From Acidobacteriota bacterium (GTDB lineage: Bacteria; Acidobacteriota; UBA6911; JACQSX01), in the NCBI GenBank assembly GCA_036006905.1, contig DASYPF010000152.1, forward strand, positions 1 to 32,536: a stretch of DNA of 32,536 nucleotides. The letters are read 5' to 3'. A program made the position numbers and the translations under genes. The first letter of the stretch is position 1. Every line of letters begins with the position of its first letter. Under the pieces are notes generated by a model that did not search any database, was not told where the DNA came from, and saw nothing but the letters and a program-made list of their open reading frames with translations. Shown here in pieces: positions 24,181 to 32,390 of this stretch.

Positions 24181-25623
24181 TTAGAGAATATACTTGGAAA
24201 GATCCTGGTTTTTGACGATTTCGGCCAGCATCTTGTGTACGTAAACTGCGTCGATAACCTGGTGCTTCTCTTTTAGTTCCGGACCCTCAAAGGAAATCTC
24301 ATCGAGCAGCGCTTCCATGATCGTGTGGAGACGGCGCGCGCCGATGTCCTCGTTGGCCTCGTTGACGCGAGCCGCATAGTGAGCAAGTTCTCTGACGGCG
24401 TCGTCGGTAAATTCCAGCTGTACTCCTTCCGTCTCCATCAATGCGATGTATTGCTTCACCAGGGCGCTCTTTGGCTCTTTCAAAATGCGAATGAAATCTT
24501 TTTCGGTCAGGCTCTTCAACTCCACTCGAATAGGGAAGCGACCCTGTATCTCCGGTATCAAATCAGAAGGCTTGCTTACATGAAAGGCGCCGGCTGCGAT
24601 AAAGAGTATGTGATCGGTTCGAATCATTCCGTACTTGGTGTTGACCGTCGTGCCTTCCACAATGGGAAGAATATCCCGCTGCACCCCTTCACGGCTTACG
24701 TCCGGACCATGGCCCGTCTCGCGTCCCGCAATCTTGTCGATTTCGTCCAAAAAAATAATGCCTGAGTCTTCGACCCGTTCCACTGCCTCGCGTGCCACTT
24801 GGTCCATGTCGATTAGCTTGGATTCCTCTTCCTGGATCAAATACTCGATCGCCTCGGAGACTTTCATCTTGCGCTTTTTGGTCTTGCCGCCGAAGAGCCC
24901 TGGCAGCATGTCCTTAACGTTGATGTCCATCTCCTCAACGCCCGTGTTGGTGATAATTTCAAAAGATGGAAACGAGCGGTCGCGCACTTCGATCTCCACC
25001 ATTCGCTCGTCCAACTTTCCCTCGCGCAACTGCTGGCGGAGTTTTTCACGCGTACGCTGGGCGCGCTCCCTCGCTTCATCTGAGGCGAGCCCAATGCCTT
25101 CACCTGCCGTAATTGGCTGAATGGGAGGAAGCAACAGGTCAAGGACTCGCTCTTCAGCAGCGCTCTCGGCCTTTTCCTGGACCTCGAAAGTTTTTTCCGT
25201 CCGAACCATCTCTACAGAGATTTCTGTGAGGTCGCGAATCATGGATTCCACGTCGCGACCCACATATCCGACCTCGGTAAACTTGCTTGCCTCTACTTTC
25301 AAAAACGGCGAATTAGCCAGCTTAGCCAGCCTGCGGGCGATTTCGGTCTTCCCGACGCCGGTCGAGCCGATCATGATGATATTCTTAGGCGCCACTTCTT
25401 CAGCCATCTCTTCATCCAGCTTCTGGCGCCGCATGCGATTGCGCAGCGCGATGGCCACGGCACGCTTGGCCTCTTTTTGGCCAACGACGTATTTGTCCAG
25501 CTCGGCTACGATCTGCCGAGGCGTCAACTCATCCAGATTGATCTGGGGTTCTTCAGTTTCATTGGAAGCAGCAATACTCATTTCGTTAACTTTGCCTTCT
25601 AAATTCGAATTGTAAGGACTCAT
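24181..25623 (-). CDS. hslU: ATP-dependent protease ATPase subunit HslU
   Basis: [17 protein letters not shown], Walker [16 protein letters not shown], Walker [11 protein letters not shown] and the C-terminal [10 protein letters not shown] motif are present. The start is ambiguous. ATG 25623 avoids a 32-nt overlap with hslV, and ATG 25659 or 25581 are also possible. Confidence 0.93.
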   Translation of the reverse strand: MSPYNSNLEGKVNEMSIAASNETEEPQINLDELTPRQIVAELDKYVVGQKEAKRAVAIALRNRMRRQKLDEEMAEEVAPKNIIMIGSTGVGKTEIARRLAKLANSPFLKVEASKFTEVGYVGRDVESMIRDLTEISVEMVRTEKTFEVQEKAESAAEERVLDLLLPPIQPITAGEGIGLASDEARERAQRTREKLRQQLREGKLDERMVEIEVRDRSFPSFEIITNTGVEEMDINVKDMLPGLFGGKTKKRKMKVSEAIEYLIQEEESKLIDMDQVAREAVERVEDSGIIFLDEIDKIAGRETGHGPDVSREGVQRDILPIVEGTTVNTKYGMIRTDHILFIAAGAFHVSKPSDLIPEIQGRFPIRVELKSLTEKDFIRILKEPKSALVKQYIALMETEGVQLEFTDDAVRELAHYAARVNEANEDIGARRLHTIMEALLDEISFEGPELKEKHQVIDAVYVHKMLAEIVKNQDLSKYIL

Positions 25624-25627
25624 GGTT

Positions 25628-26194
25628 TCACTGATTGGGTTCTTTTCCTTTCTCGCCAACGATCAGTTCCTCGACCTGGATCTGATTGTTGGTGTAAATG
25701 CAAATCTCGCCTGACAAGCGCAATGCTTCTTCGGCAATCTGGCGCGCGCTCAAAGAAGTATGCCGGGTCAATGCGCGCGCGGCCGACAGGGCAAAAGGGC
25801 CTCCCGATCCGACAGCAATGATTCCATCATCGGCTTCGATCAAATCACCCGTACCTGAAATCAGGAAGGAATTTTTTTCATCGGCTACCACCAGCAGCGC
25901 TTCCAGGTGCCGCAGCGCCCGATCCATGCGCCACTCCTTGGCCAGCTCCACAGCGGCGCGTGACAAATTCCCCTTAAATTGCTCCAATTTATTTTCAAAC
26001 CTGGAAAAGAGAGCGAACGCATCTGCCGTGGATCCGGCAAAACCGGCGAGTATCTTACCCCCGTAGAGTCGGCGCAGTTTCTTGGCGCTGTGCTTGACGA
26101 CAGTATTGCCCATGGTCACCTGACCGTCCCCAGCCAGCGCCACGGCTCCGTCTTTGCGGACCATGATGATGGTAGTGCCGTGCATTTTCTCCAT
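25628..26194 (-). CDS. hslV: ATP-dependent protease subunit HslV
   Basis: The N-terminus has the nucleophile Thr context ([16 protein letters not shown]), and [10 protein letters not shown] and GSGG are present. AAGGA lies 6-7 nt upstream of ATG 26194. Confidence 0.95.
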   Translation of the reverse strand: MEKMHGTTIIMVRKDGAVALAGDGQVTMGNTVVKHSAKKLRRLYGGKILAGFAGSTADAFALFSRFENKLEQFKGNLSRAAVELAKEWRMDRALRHLEALLVVADEKNSFLISGTGDLIEADDGIIAVGSGGPFALSAARALTRHTSLSARQIAEEALRLSGEICIYTNNQIQVEELIVGEKGKEPNQ

Positions 26195-26334
26195 TAAAGT
26201 TTCCTTAACTCTGGTCTCTTGATTCAGGACACTAGCAGCACATATCCAAAGAGCGAAACATCAAGTATAGCGAAATGGCGCGCGGCAGTCAGCTACCATG
26301 GATGCGCAGCGTAGCGAAGCCGCAACCAAAGGCC

Positions 26335-26523
26335 GCTGGCGTAGTCGCAAAGTGTCACATCGGCGCGCCGCTCCCTTCCGGTCGCGGCTCTGTGGGCGCC
26401 GATTTCAGCGCTGCCGCACACTGACCCGAATGGCGTGCGAGTATTCTTCATCTGCTCTCTCTACGTTGGGCGTTTTCGTTGACCTGCGCGTGCTCGTGAT
26501 CGTCGACGCAGTCGTTTTAGCTG
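26335..26523 (+). repeat. Copy A of a ~190-bp dispersed repeat: conserved core plus a (GTGCTC/GTGATC) hexamer tail
   Basis: It aligns almost base for base with the reverse complement of 27531-27833. The shared segment is gcaaagtgt.acatcggcgcgccgctccct.ccggtcgcggctctgtggg..c...ttca.cgctgcc.cacactg.cccgaat..cgtgcgagtatt.ttcatc, ending in gttgac.tgc.cgtgctcgtg. It lies in the divergent hslV/truA promoter region. Confidence 0.85.
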
Positions 26524-26619
26524 CCATAAATCTTGCTAGAAAATCAAGAAATTGCCATGCTACGCAGAGGCGACGGGGGCGTCTGCGACATGGCCGCGTC
26601 TGCGCAGAAACTGGATCCA

Positions 26620-27465
26620 ATGATTCGGTGTCTCAAATTAACTTTGGAGTACGACGGAACGCGCTATCACGGCTGGCAAAGTCAAAAGAACAGCCGCACC
26701 GTCCAAGATGCGTTGACCGCCAGTGCCCGCGACGTTCTGAATACAGCAGTCGAGGTAGGAGGCGCGGGCCGAACCGACGCTGGGGTTCATGCGCTTGCCC
26801 AGGTCGCGCACCTAAAGTTTCGAGTTTTGGGTTCCCAGTTTCGTGTTGTGGCCCGCACCAGCAGAACTCCAGCAACTCGAAATCTTAAACCCGAAACACG
26901 AGACTTGAAGCTGCTGCGTGATCAACTCAATAAGACGCTTCCCTCAGACATTGCTGTGCTTGAGGTCGAAGAGGCAGATGCCGGCTTTCACGCCCGCCAT
27001 GACGCTGTTTGCCGCTATTACCTCTATCAGGTGGCCAGCCGAAAGACGGCCTTTTCCAAAAGATTTGCCTGGTGGGTCAAGGAGCCTCTCGACGTAGCAG
27101 CGATCCAAGAAGCGGTGAAACTGCTTTTGGGCCGGCACGACTTTGCGGCCTTCGGAGAGAAACGAGGTGAGAAGAAATCTACTGTCGTTGAAGTGTACGA
27201 GTGCTCGCTCAGTGTGGCTGGAGAGCTAATTCTGATCCGGATCGGGGCTTCTCACTTCCTGTGGAAAATGGTGCGCCGTCTGATCGGTTCGCTGGTGGAG
27301 ATCGGGCGCGGCAACTTGAATCCGGAAGTTTTTGAGCGGATGTTAACAAAGCAGCAGAGTTCGGCCGCTGCCTGGACCGCGCCTGCCTCCGGCTTGTTTC
27401 TGGAGAAGGTCACCTATTCGGACGGCGATCTCCCTGGGGAGTTACGTCCGGTGCTGTGGGTTTGA
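26620..27465 (+). CDS. truA: tRNA pseudouridine(38-40) synthase TruA, carrying a ~22-aa in-frame insertion
   Basis: The sequence has MIRCLKLTLEYDGTRYHGWQSQ, the catalytic Asp in GAGRTDAGVHA, FHARHDAVCRYYLY and GASHFLWKMVRRLIGSL. The start is set at ATG 26620 by family alignment. ATG 26590 or 26557 are possible. Confidence 0.9.
   Translation: MIRCLKLTLEYDGTRYHGWQSQKNSRTVQDALTASARDVLNTAVEVGGAGRTDAGVHALAQVAHLKFRVLGSQFRVVARTSRTPATRNLKPETRDLKLLRDQLNKTLPSDIAVLEVEEADAGFHARHDAVCRYYLYQVASRKTAFSKRFAWWVKEPLDVAAIQEAVKLLLGRHDFAAFGEKRGEKKSTVVEVYECSLSVAGELILIRIGASHFLWKMVRRLIGSLVEIGRGNLNPEVFERMLTKQQSSAAAWTAPASGLFLEKVTYSDGDLPGELRPVLWV
26815..26908. repeat. Heptamer-periodic palindrome (GTTTCGA/GTTTTGG/GTTCCCA/GTTTCGT ... 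complement) embedded in frame within truA
   Basis: The left arm is aagtttcgagttttgggttcccagtttcgtgttg and the reverse complement of the right arm is aagtctcgtgtttcgggtttaagatttcgagttg, giving 25 of 34 matches. The encoded peptide is KFRVLGSQFRVVARTSRTPATRNLKPETRDLK. Confidence 0.8.
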
Positions 27466-27530
27466 TCGTCCAGATTGATTCACAGATCTTCACCGGAGGC
27501 ACACCCCGGCGGAGCCGCAACCAAGAATAG

Positions 27531-27986
27531 AAAACCGATCACGTCCACGAGCACGTGCACGTCAACGACCACGCCCACGGATACGGGAGCATAGACGGTG
27601 ACCTTTGATACTGGAGCGTCCCGCCCATAGGGTACTGCACTTTTTTTGTCAGCGTCGACGTGGCTGAGTTGCCAGATTGTGAAATTTGGTTTTTTCAACC
27701 AGTTTTTACCACGGAGATGAAAAATACTCGCACGAAATTCGGGGCAGTGTGGCAGCGTTGAAGTGGGCACCCACAGAGCCGCGACCGGGAGGGAGCGGCG
27801 CGCCGATGTAACACTTTGCCACTACACCAGCGCAGAGTTGCTGCAACAATGATGCGGGCGGTCCGATTTTGCCGAACGTGATTGCGATGACTCACTCTGG
27901 CGCGCCGCTCCCTTCCGGTCGCGGCTCTGTGGGTGCCGTCACCAAGCCGGCAGCCGTATGCTCGTGGACGTGGCCGGTTTTAGCTG
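27531..27986. repeat. Composite palindrome formed by copy B (27531-27833, minus orientation, with a ~110-bp internal insertion) and truncated copy C (27899-27986, plus orientation) of the ~190-bp repeat
   Basis: The core arms are gcacccacagagccgcgaccgggagggagcggcgcgcc (27768-27805) and ggcgcgccgctcccttccggtcgcggctctgtgggtgc (27899-27936), about 38 bp with 1-2 mismatches. The outer arms are cacgtccacgagcacgtgcacgtcaacgaccacg (27540-27573) and gctcgtggacgtgg (27960-27973). The element lies between truA and glpX. Confidence 0.8.
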
Positions 27987-28020
27987 ACAAGCAAATCTCA
28001 GAATCAATGGGGAAATAGAA

Positions 28021-29067
28021 ATGGAAAACGATCAAAGAATGGAGCAGCTCTCCCTCGATTTTTTGCGTGTCTGCGAGGCGGCGGCGATTGCGGCGGCTCA
28101 GACTATGGGACAGGGAGATCGCCAATACTCCGACCGTCTCGCTGTCGAAGCGATGAGAGAGGTGATGGACACCATCCTGATGCGCGGTCGGATCGTGATC
28201 GGGGAAGGCGAACGCGATCAGGCGCCCATGTTGTACATCGGCGAAGAGGTGGGTGCCGGCGCGCGTGGCGGCTGCGACACGGGCCGCGATTGTCCCCCAG
28301 TAGACATCGCGGTGGATCCACTGGAGGGCACCAATCTGTGCGCGCTCGGCGCCAACAATGCAATCTCGGTGCTGGCGGCGTCCGAACGCGGCGGTCTTTT
28401 GAACGCTCCGGATATCTACATGGACAAAATTGTAGTCGGGCCCTCGTCGCGCGGCGCCATCGACCTTGATGCGCCTGTCAAGGACAACTTGAAGAACATC
28501 GCACGGCGATTGGGGCGTGAAGTAAAGGATCTGACGGTGGTCGTGCTGGATCGTTCACGCCACAAAAAGCTGATTCAGGACGTGCGGGGAGCGGGGGCGC
28601 GTATCCGCTTGATCGGCGATGGCGACCTGTCGGCGGGTATCTCGGCTGCGGTCGGAGGAACGAACATCCATGCGTTGATGGGCATAGGGGGCGCCCCTGA
28701 AGGCGTCCTTACGGCGGCGGCAATGCGATGTTTGAACGGAGAGATTCAGGCCCGTCTCTGCTTTGACCCGGAACGTTTAAGCGTGGACAAAAACAAGGTG
28801 CCCCCACAGGAGAAGGTGATCAGCCGCCTGCACGAGATGGGGATTAATGATCACAACAAAGTTTTCGACACAAATGACCTGGCGCCGGGCAAGAAGATCA
28901 TTTTCGCGGCTACAGGGGTGACGGATGGGGCGCTGCTTCGAGGGGTCCGTTTTTTCGGCACGGGCAAAAGGACTCATTCTTTGGTCATGACCGCCGAGAC
29001 CAGGCATATACGGTTCATCGACACTGTCCACGTCGAAGGCGGACCGGACACGGTGGTGCGGTTTTAG
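28021..29067 (+). CDS. glpX: Class II fructose-1,6-bisphosphatase (GlpX type)
   Basis: The GlpX family pattern is present: [10 protein letters not shown]...[22 protein letters not shown]...[12 protein letters not shown]...[10 protein letters not shown]...[20 protein letters not shown]. Confidence 0.92.
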   Translation: MENDQRMEQLSLDFLRVCEAAAIAAAQTMGQGDRQYSDRLAVEAMREVMDTILMRGRIVIGEGERDQAPMLYIGEEVGAGARGGCDTGRDCPPVDIAVDPLEGTNLCALGANNAISVLAASERGGLLNAPDIYMDKIVVGPSSRGAIDLDAPVKDNLKNIARRLGREVKDLTVVVLDRSRHKKLIQDVRGAGARIRLIGDGDLSAGISAAVGGTNIHALMGIGGAPEGVLTAAAMRCLNGEIQARLCFDPERLSVDKNKVPPQEKVISRLHEMGINDHNKVFDTNDLAPGKKIIFAATGVTDGALLRGVRFFGTGKRTHSLVMTAETRHIRFIDTVHVEGGPDTVVRF

Positions 29068-29071
29068 CTAT

Positions 29072-29250
29072 CCGCAAATGGACGCTAACGAACGCACAAA
29101 TGTTCACCGCAGAGGCGCAGAGAGCGCAGAGATAGCACAGAGAATAGGGCTGAAGCATACTTTAAACTTCAGCCCTTCTCTGCGTCATCTCTGCGGTTCT
29201 CTGCGCCTCTGCGGTGAACATTGTGCGTTCATTCGCGTTTATTTGCGGCC
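29072..29250. repeat. Long hairpin with ~85-bp arms: GGCCGCAAAT-type termini enclose (GCGCAGA/CGCAGAG)n arrays
   Basis: The left arm is ccgcaaatggacgctaacgaacgcacaaatgttcaccgcagaggcgcagagagcgcagagatagcacagagaatagggctgaag. The reverse complement of the right arm is ggccgcaaataaacgcgaatgaacgcacaatgttcaccgcagaggcgcagagaaccgcagagatgacgcagagaagggctgaag. The element lies between the convergent genes glpX and thrC. Confidence 0.9.
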
Positions 29251-29272
29251 GTCATGCGCAACTCGTCATTCG

Positions 29273-30442
29273 TCATTCGACATTGAGTACCACTTCCTGA
29301 TACTTCAATCCCGACCCGGTGTTGAAGATTACAATCGATTGGTCCGGCTTCAACCAACCTTCCCGGCTCAACCTTCTCAAACCTGCGATCGCCGCGGCGC
29401 TCTCAGGGCAAAGAAACACACCCTCTACTTTGCCCATTTCGAATATCTCGCGGCGGATGTCGGAGTCTTCAACGGCAACGGCTGTGCCCTCACTTTCGCG
29501 CAGAATCTTGAGCATGATGAAGTCGCCGATGGCTCTGGGCACGCGTAGGCCGCTGGCAATTGTGTGCGCGTTCTGCCACGGATCTGCCTCGTCTTTACCT
29601 TCCCGAAACGCTTTAACGATGGGAGCGCAGCCAGCCGCTTGCACCGAGACCATGCGCGGACGCTTCGACCCGATCCATCCCAGCTCTTGCATTTCGTGGA
29701 ATGCTTTCCACATCCCGATAAGTCCAGTGCCGCCACCGGTGGGATAAGCGATCACGTCGGGAACGCCCCAGTCGAACTGTTCGGATAGCTCGTATCCCAT
29801 GGTTTTCTTGCCCTCAATTCGGTAAGGTTCCTTCAAGGTGGATACGTCGTACCAATCGTCCTGACGCGCCTGGTTCATTCGTTTGGCTGCATCGGTAATC
29901 AAGCCATCAACCAGCTCCACATGAGCTCCATAGACTTTCGCCTCCACAATGTTGGCCGCCGGAGTGTCTTTGGGCATAAAGATAAAAGCTTGCAATCCGG
30001 CGCGGGCTGCATACGCTGCGAGCGCACCCCCGGCATTCCCCGCACTGGGAATCGACAGCTTAGTCACGCCCAACGCCCGCGCCATGCTTACCGCGGCAGA
30101 AAGTCCGCGCGCCTTGAAGGAGCCGGTCGGATTGAAGCTTTCGTCCTTTAAGAAGAGCTTGGTAAGCCCAAGTTCCTTCCCCAGAGCGCGGAGCGCAATC
30201 AGCGGCGTGCCCCCTTCGCCCAGCGAGACCACTTCCGCCTGTGAGTCGACTGGCATTGTTTCGATGTAGCGCCACATGTTCCAGGGACGGTCTCCCAGCT
30301 CCGTCTTTGTTACGCTTCGTTTCACATTCCGCAAGTTGTATCGAACCAGGAGCGGCGCGCCGCATTCGCACACGTGTACCACAGTTCGCGGAGGATACCG
30401 CTTTAAGCAGCGCGAGCACTCCAGGTGCGTTACCTGGCTCAT
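29273..30442 (-). CDS. thrC: Threonine synthase (short form with an N-terminal zinc-ribbon-like Cys cluster)
   Basis: The PLP-lysine motif is FNPTGSFKARG and the glycine loop is TGGGTG. The N-terminus has CSRC...CECG. The ATG overlaps the nadB stop by 4 nt. Confidence 0.9.
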   Translation of the reverse strand: MSQVTHLECSRCLKRYPPRTVVHVCECGAPLLVRYNLRNVKRSVTKTELGDRPWNMWRYIETMPVDSQAEVVSLGEGGTPLIALRALGKELGLTKLFLKDESFNPTGSFKARGLSAAVSMARALGVTKLSIPSAGNAGGALAAYAARAGLQAFIFMPKDTPAANIVEAKVYGAHVELVDGLITDAAKRMNQARQDDWYDVSTLKEPYRIEGKKTMGYELSEQFDWGVPDVIAYPTGGGTGLIGMWKAFHEMQELGWIGSKRPRMVSVQAAGCAPIVKAFREGKDEADPWQNAHTIASGLRVPRAIGDFIMLKILRESEGTAVAVEDSDIRREIFEMGKVEGVFLCPESAAAIAGLRRLSREGWLKPDQSIVIFNTGSGLKYQEVVLNVE

Positions 30443-32034
30443 AGTCTCTCCTTTACCGGCAACGTCGCCACCTCGATATATTTACAATCTTTCGACTTCA
30501 AAATGATTCTTTTTCTCCAGCGCACATCGTCTCTCGCGGGAAAGTCCGTGCGAAAGTGCGCACCGCGGCTTTCCTGGCGCGCCAGCGCCGCCGACGCGAT
30601 CAAATAAGCCAACGTGCTCATGTTGTTGGTCTCGGCACTCAGGCGGTCGGCAGCGTCGAAACGGGCAGCCAGCCGCGAAACAGTAAATTGCAGATCCGTC
30701 GCGTTTCGTTCGATACCCACTCGAGCAGTCATCATATCGCGAATGTCATCTCGGCTCGGAATGGACGAAGGCGGAAGCTCCAGTCGAGCTTCTTGGAATG
30801 TAACGGGCCCTTCGAAGATCTTCCTTTGCCCCATGGCATCGGCGGCGCGGGCTCCGAACACCAGGCCCTCGAGCAGGGAATTGCTTGCCAGCCGATTGGC
30901 TCCATGTACGCCGGTGCACGCCGCCTCTCCAGCGGCAAACAGGTTCTTCAACGTGCAGGCGCCATTCAGATCCGTCCGCAGTCCCCCCATCATATAATGC
31001 GCTGCCGGTTGCACAGGAATTGGATCGCGCGCCAGGTTAAGGCCATATCGCAGGCAGGTGTGGTAGATCGTCGGAAACCGAGTCTTGAGGAATTCCGAAT
31101 CCAGGTGTGTCATGTCCAGGTAAACCGGCTGTCCCGTCTTGCGCATTTCTGCAAAAATTCCACGGCTGACGACATCGCGAGGCGCCAGTTCCTTTCGCAC
31201 GTGATAGCGCTCCATGAATCGTTCGCCGGCCTGGTTGCGCAGCACGCCGCCTTCTCCCCGGAGCGCTTCGGTTAAAAGGAACCGTGGAGCGCCAGCCAGC
31301 GCCAGGGCAGTGGGATGAAACTGAAAAAACTCCAGGTCCACGAGCTCAGCTCCTGCCCGGAAGCCCATCGCGGGGCCATCGCCGGTCGCGATGTCAGGAT
31401 TGGTTGTGTCGCGGAAGATCTGTCCAGCACCGCCCGTGCAGATCAAAACGGCGCGACTTTCCACTTCATCGATGCTTCTGGTGCGCTCAGAAACGAACCT
31501 TACGCCGCGACATTCGTTCTGCCGTATGATCAAATCCAGCGCGAAAGTGTGGTCCATCAGGGTAAGGTTTCCAGCGCTCTTCAATGTCTGCAGCAGGGAA
31601 CGGATGATTTCCTTTCCGGTCGAGTCGCCGCGCGCATGCAGAACCCGGTGCCGGCTATGAGCCGCTTCTTGAGTAAACGAAAGCTGGGACCCATCCCTAT
31701 CAAAATTGGTTCCCCAGTCGATCAGTTCCTGAATGCGCTCTGGACCCTCTTCGACCAGCACATGCACCGCTTCCGGCTCACACAGCCCGTCGCCTGCCTG
31801 GATGGTGTCGTCAAAATGGAGCCAGATGTCATCCTCATCGCTCATCGCCACGGCCACGCCACCCTGCGCATACTCGGTGTTCGACTCGTCGGGCTTTGAT
31901 TTAGTAATGATTGCAACTGAGCCGCGCTTGCTCAAGTCGATGGCGGCGCGCAGGCCTGCAACGCCACTGCCGATGATGACAAAGTCGAATTTCTGCACGC
32001 GGAAGAATATATAACTCTTTCGGCCAGCGGTCAC
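30439..32034 (-). CDS. nadB: L-aspartate oxidase
   Basis: The FAD-binding motif is DFVIIGSGVAGLRAA. Other hallmarks are RHRVLHA, FHPT, GGLRTD, GVHGANRLASNSLLE and ESRGAHFR. The start is GTG 32034 or GTG 31998. Confidence 0.93.
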   Translation of the reverse strand: MTAGRKSYIFFRVQKFDFVIIGSGVAGLRAAIDLSKRGSVAIITKSKPDESNTEYAQGGVAVAMSDEDDIWLHFDDTIQAGDGLCEPEAVHVLVEEGPERIQELIDWGTNFDRDGSQLSFTQEAAHSRHRVLHARGDSTGKEIIRSLLQTLKSAGNLTLMDHTFALDLIIRQNECRGVRFVSERTRSIDEVESRAVLICTGGAGQIFRDTTNPDIATGDGPAMGFRAGAELVDLEFFQFHPTALALAGAPRFLLTEALRGEGGVLRNQAGERFMERYHVRKELAPRDVVSRGIFAEMRKTGQPVYLDMTHLDSEFLKTRFPTIYHTCLRYGLNLARDPIPVQPAAHYMMGGLRTDLNGACTLKNLFAAGEAACTGVHGANRLASNSLLEGLVFGARAADAMGQRKIFEGPVTFQEARLELPPSSIPSRDDIRDMMTARVGIERNATDLQFTVSRLAARFDAADRLSAETNNMSTLAYLIASAALARQESRGAHFRTDFPARDDVRWRKRIILKSKDCKYIEVATLPVKERL

Positions 32035-32036
32035 TC

Positions 32037-32338
32037 ATCAGGTCGGCAAGTCACGGATCAGTAAGTCACAGGTCACGGGTCAGGAAGTCAAAGGTCACAG
32101 GTCGCGGGTCAGGAAGTCCAAGGTCACAGGTCACGGGTCAGGAAGTCCAAGGTCACAGGTCAACAGGTCACAGGTCAGCAGCCATCAGGCCTGCTACCTG
32201 CTAACCAACCTGTAACCTGTGACCTTCTAGCTTGTTGACCTGTAACCCGTGACCTATGACCTGTGACTTCCTGACCTGTGACCTGTGACTTCCTGACCTT
32301 ATCACTTGCTGACCCGTGACTTGCTGACTTGTTGACCC
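32037..32338. repeat. Hairpin of (GGTCACA/GGTCACG/GGTCAGG/AAGTCAA)n and complementary (TGTGACC/CCTGACC)n arrays
   Basis: The left arm spans 32037-32180, the centre near 32181-32200 reads gccatcaggcctgctacctg, and the right arm spans 32201-32338. The element begins 3 nt from the nadB start. Confidence 0.9.
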
Positions 32339-32390
32339 TTGTAGGCGTTCTCGAAACAGATGAAACCTCAAAGCTTCTGTCGTCGTAAAC

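Noticed and set aside
26298-26888. 196-aa ORF 26298-26888 (+), plus 26405-26620 (-), 27480-27770 (-), 27695-27895 (-) and 27892-28125 (-)
   Set aside because: They lie on copies of the ~190-bp dispersed repeat and overlap truA or glpX out of frame. The recurring peptide RRAAPFRSRLCG simply reflects the repeated core.
30439-30442. The 4-nt overlap coupling nadB to thrC as an unusual operon
   Set aside because: The pairing is functionally unrelated, but overlapping stop and start codons are common in compact bacterial genomes, so it is not informative on its own.
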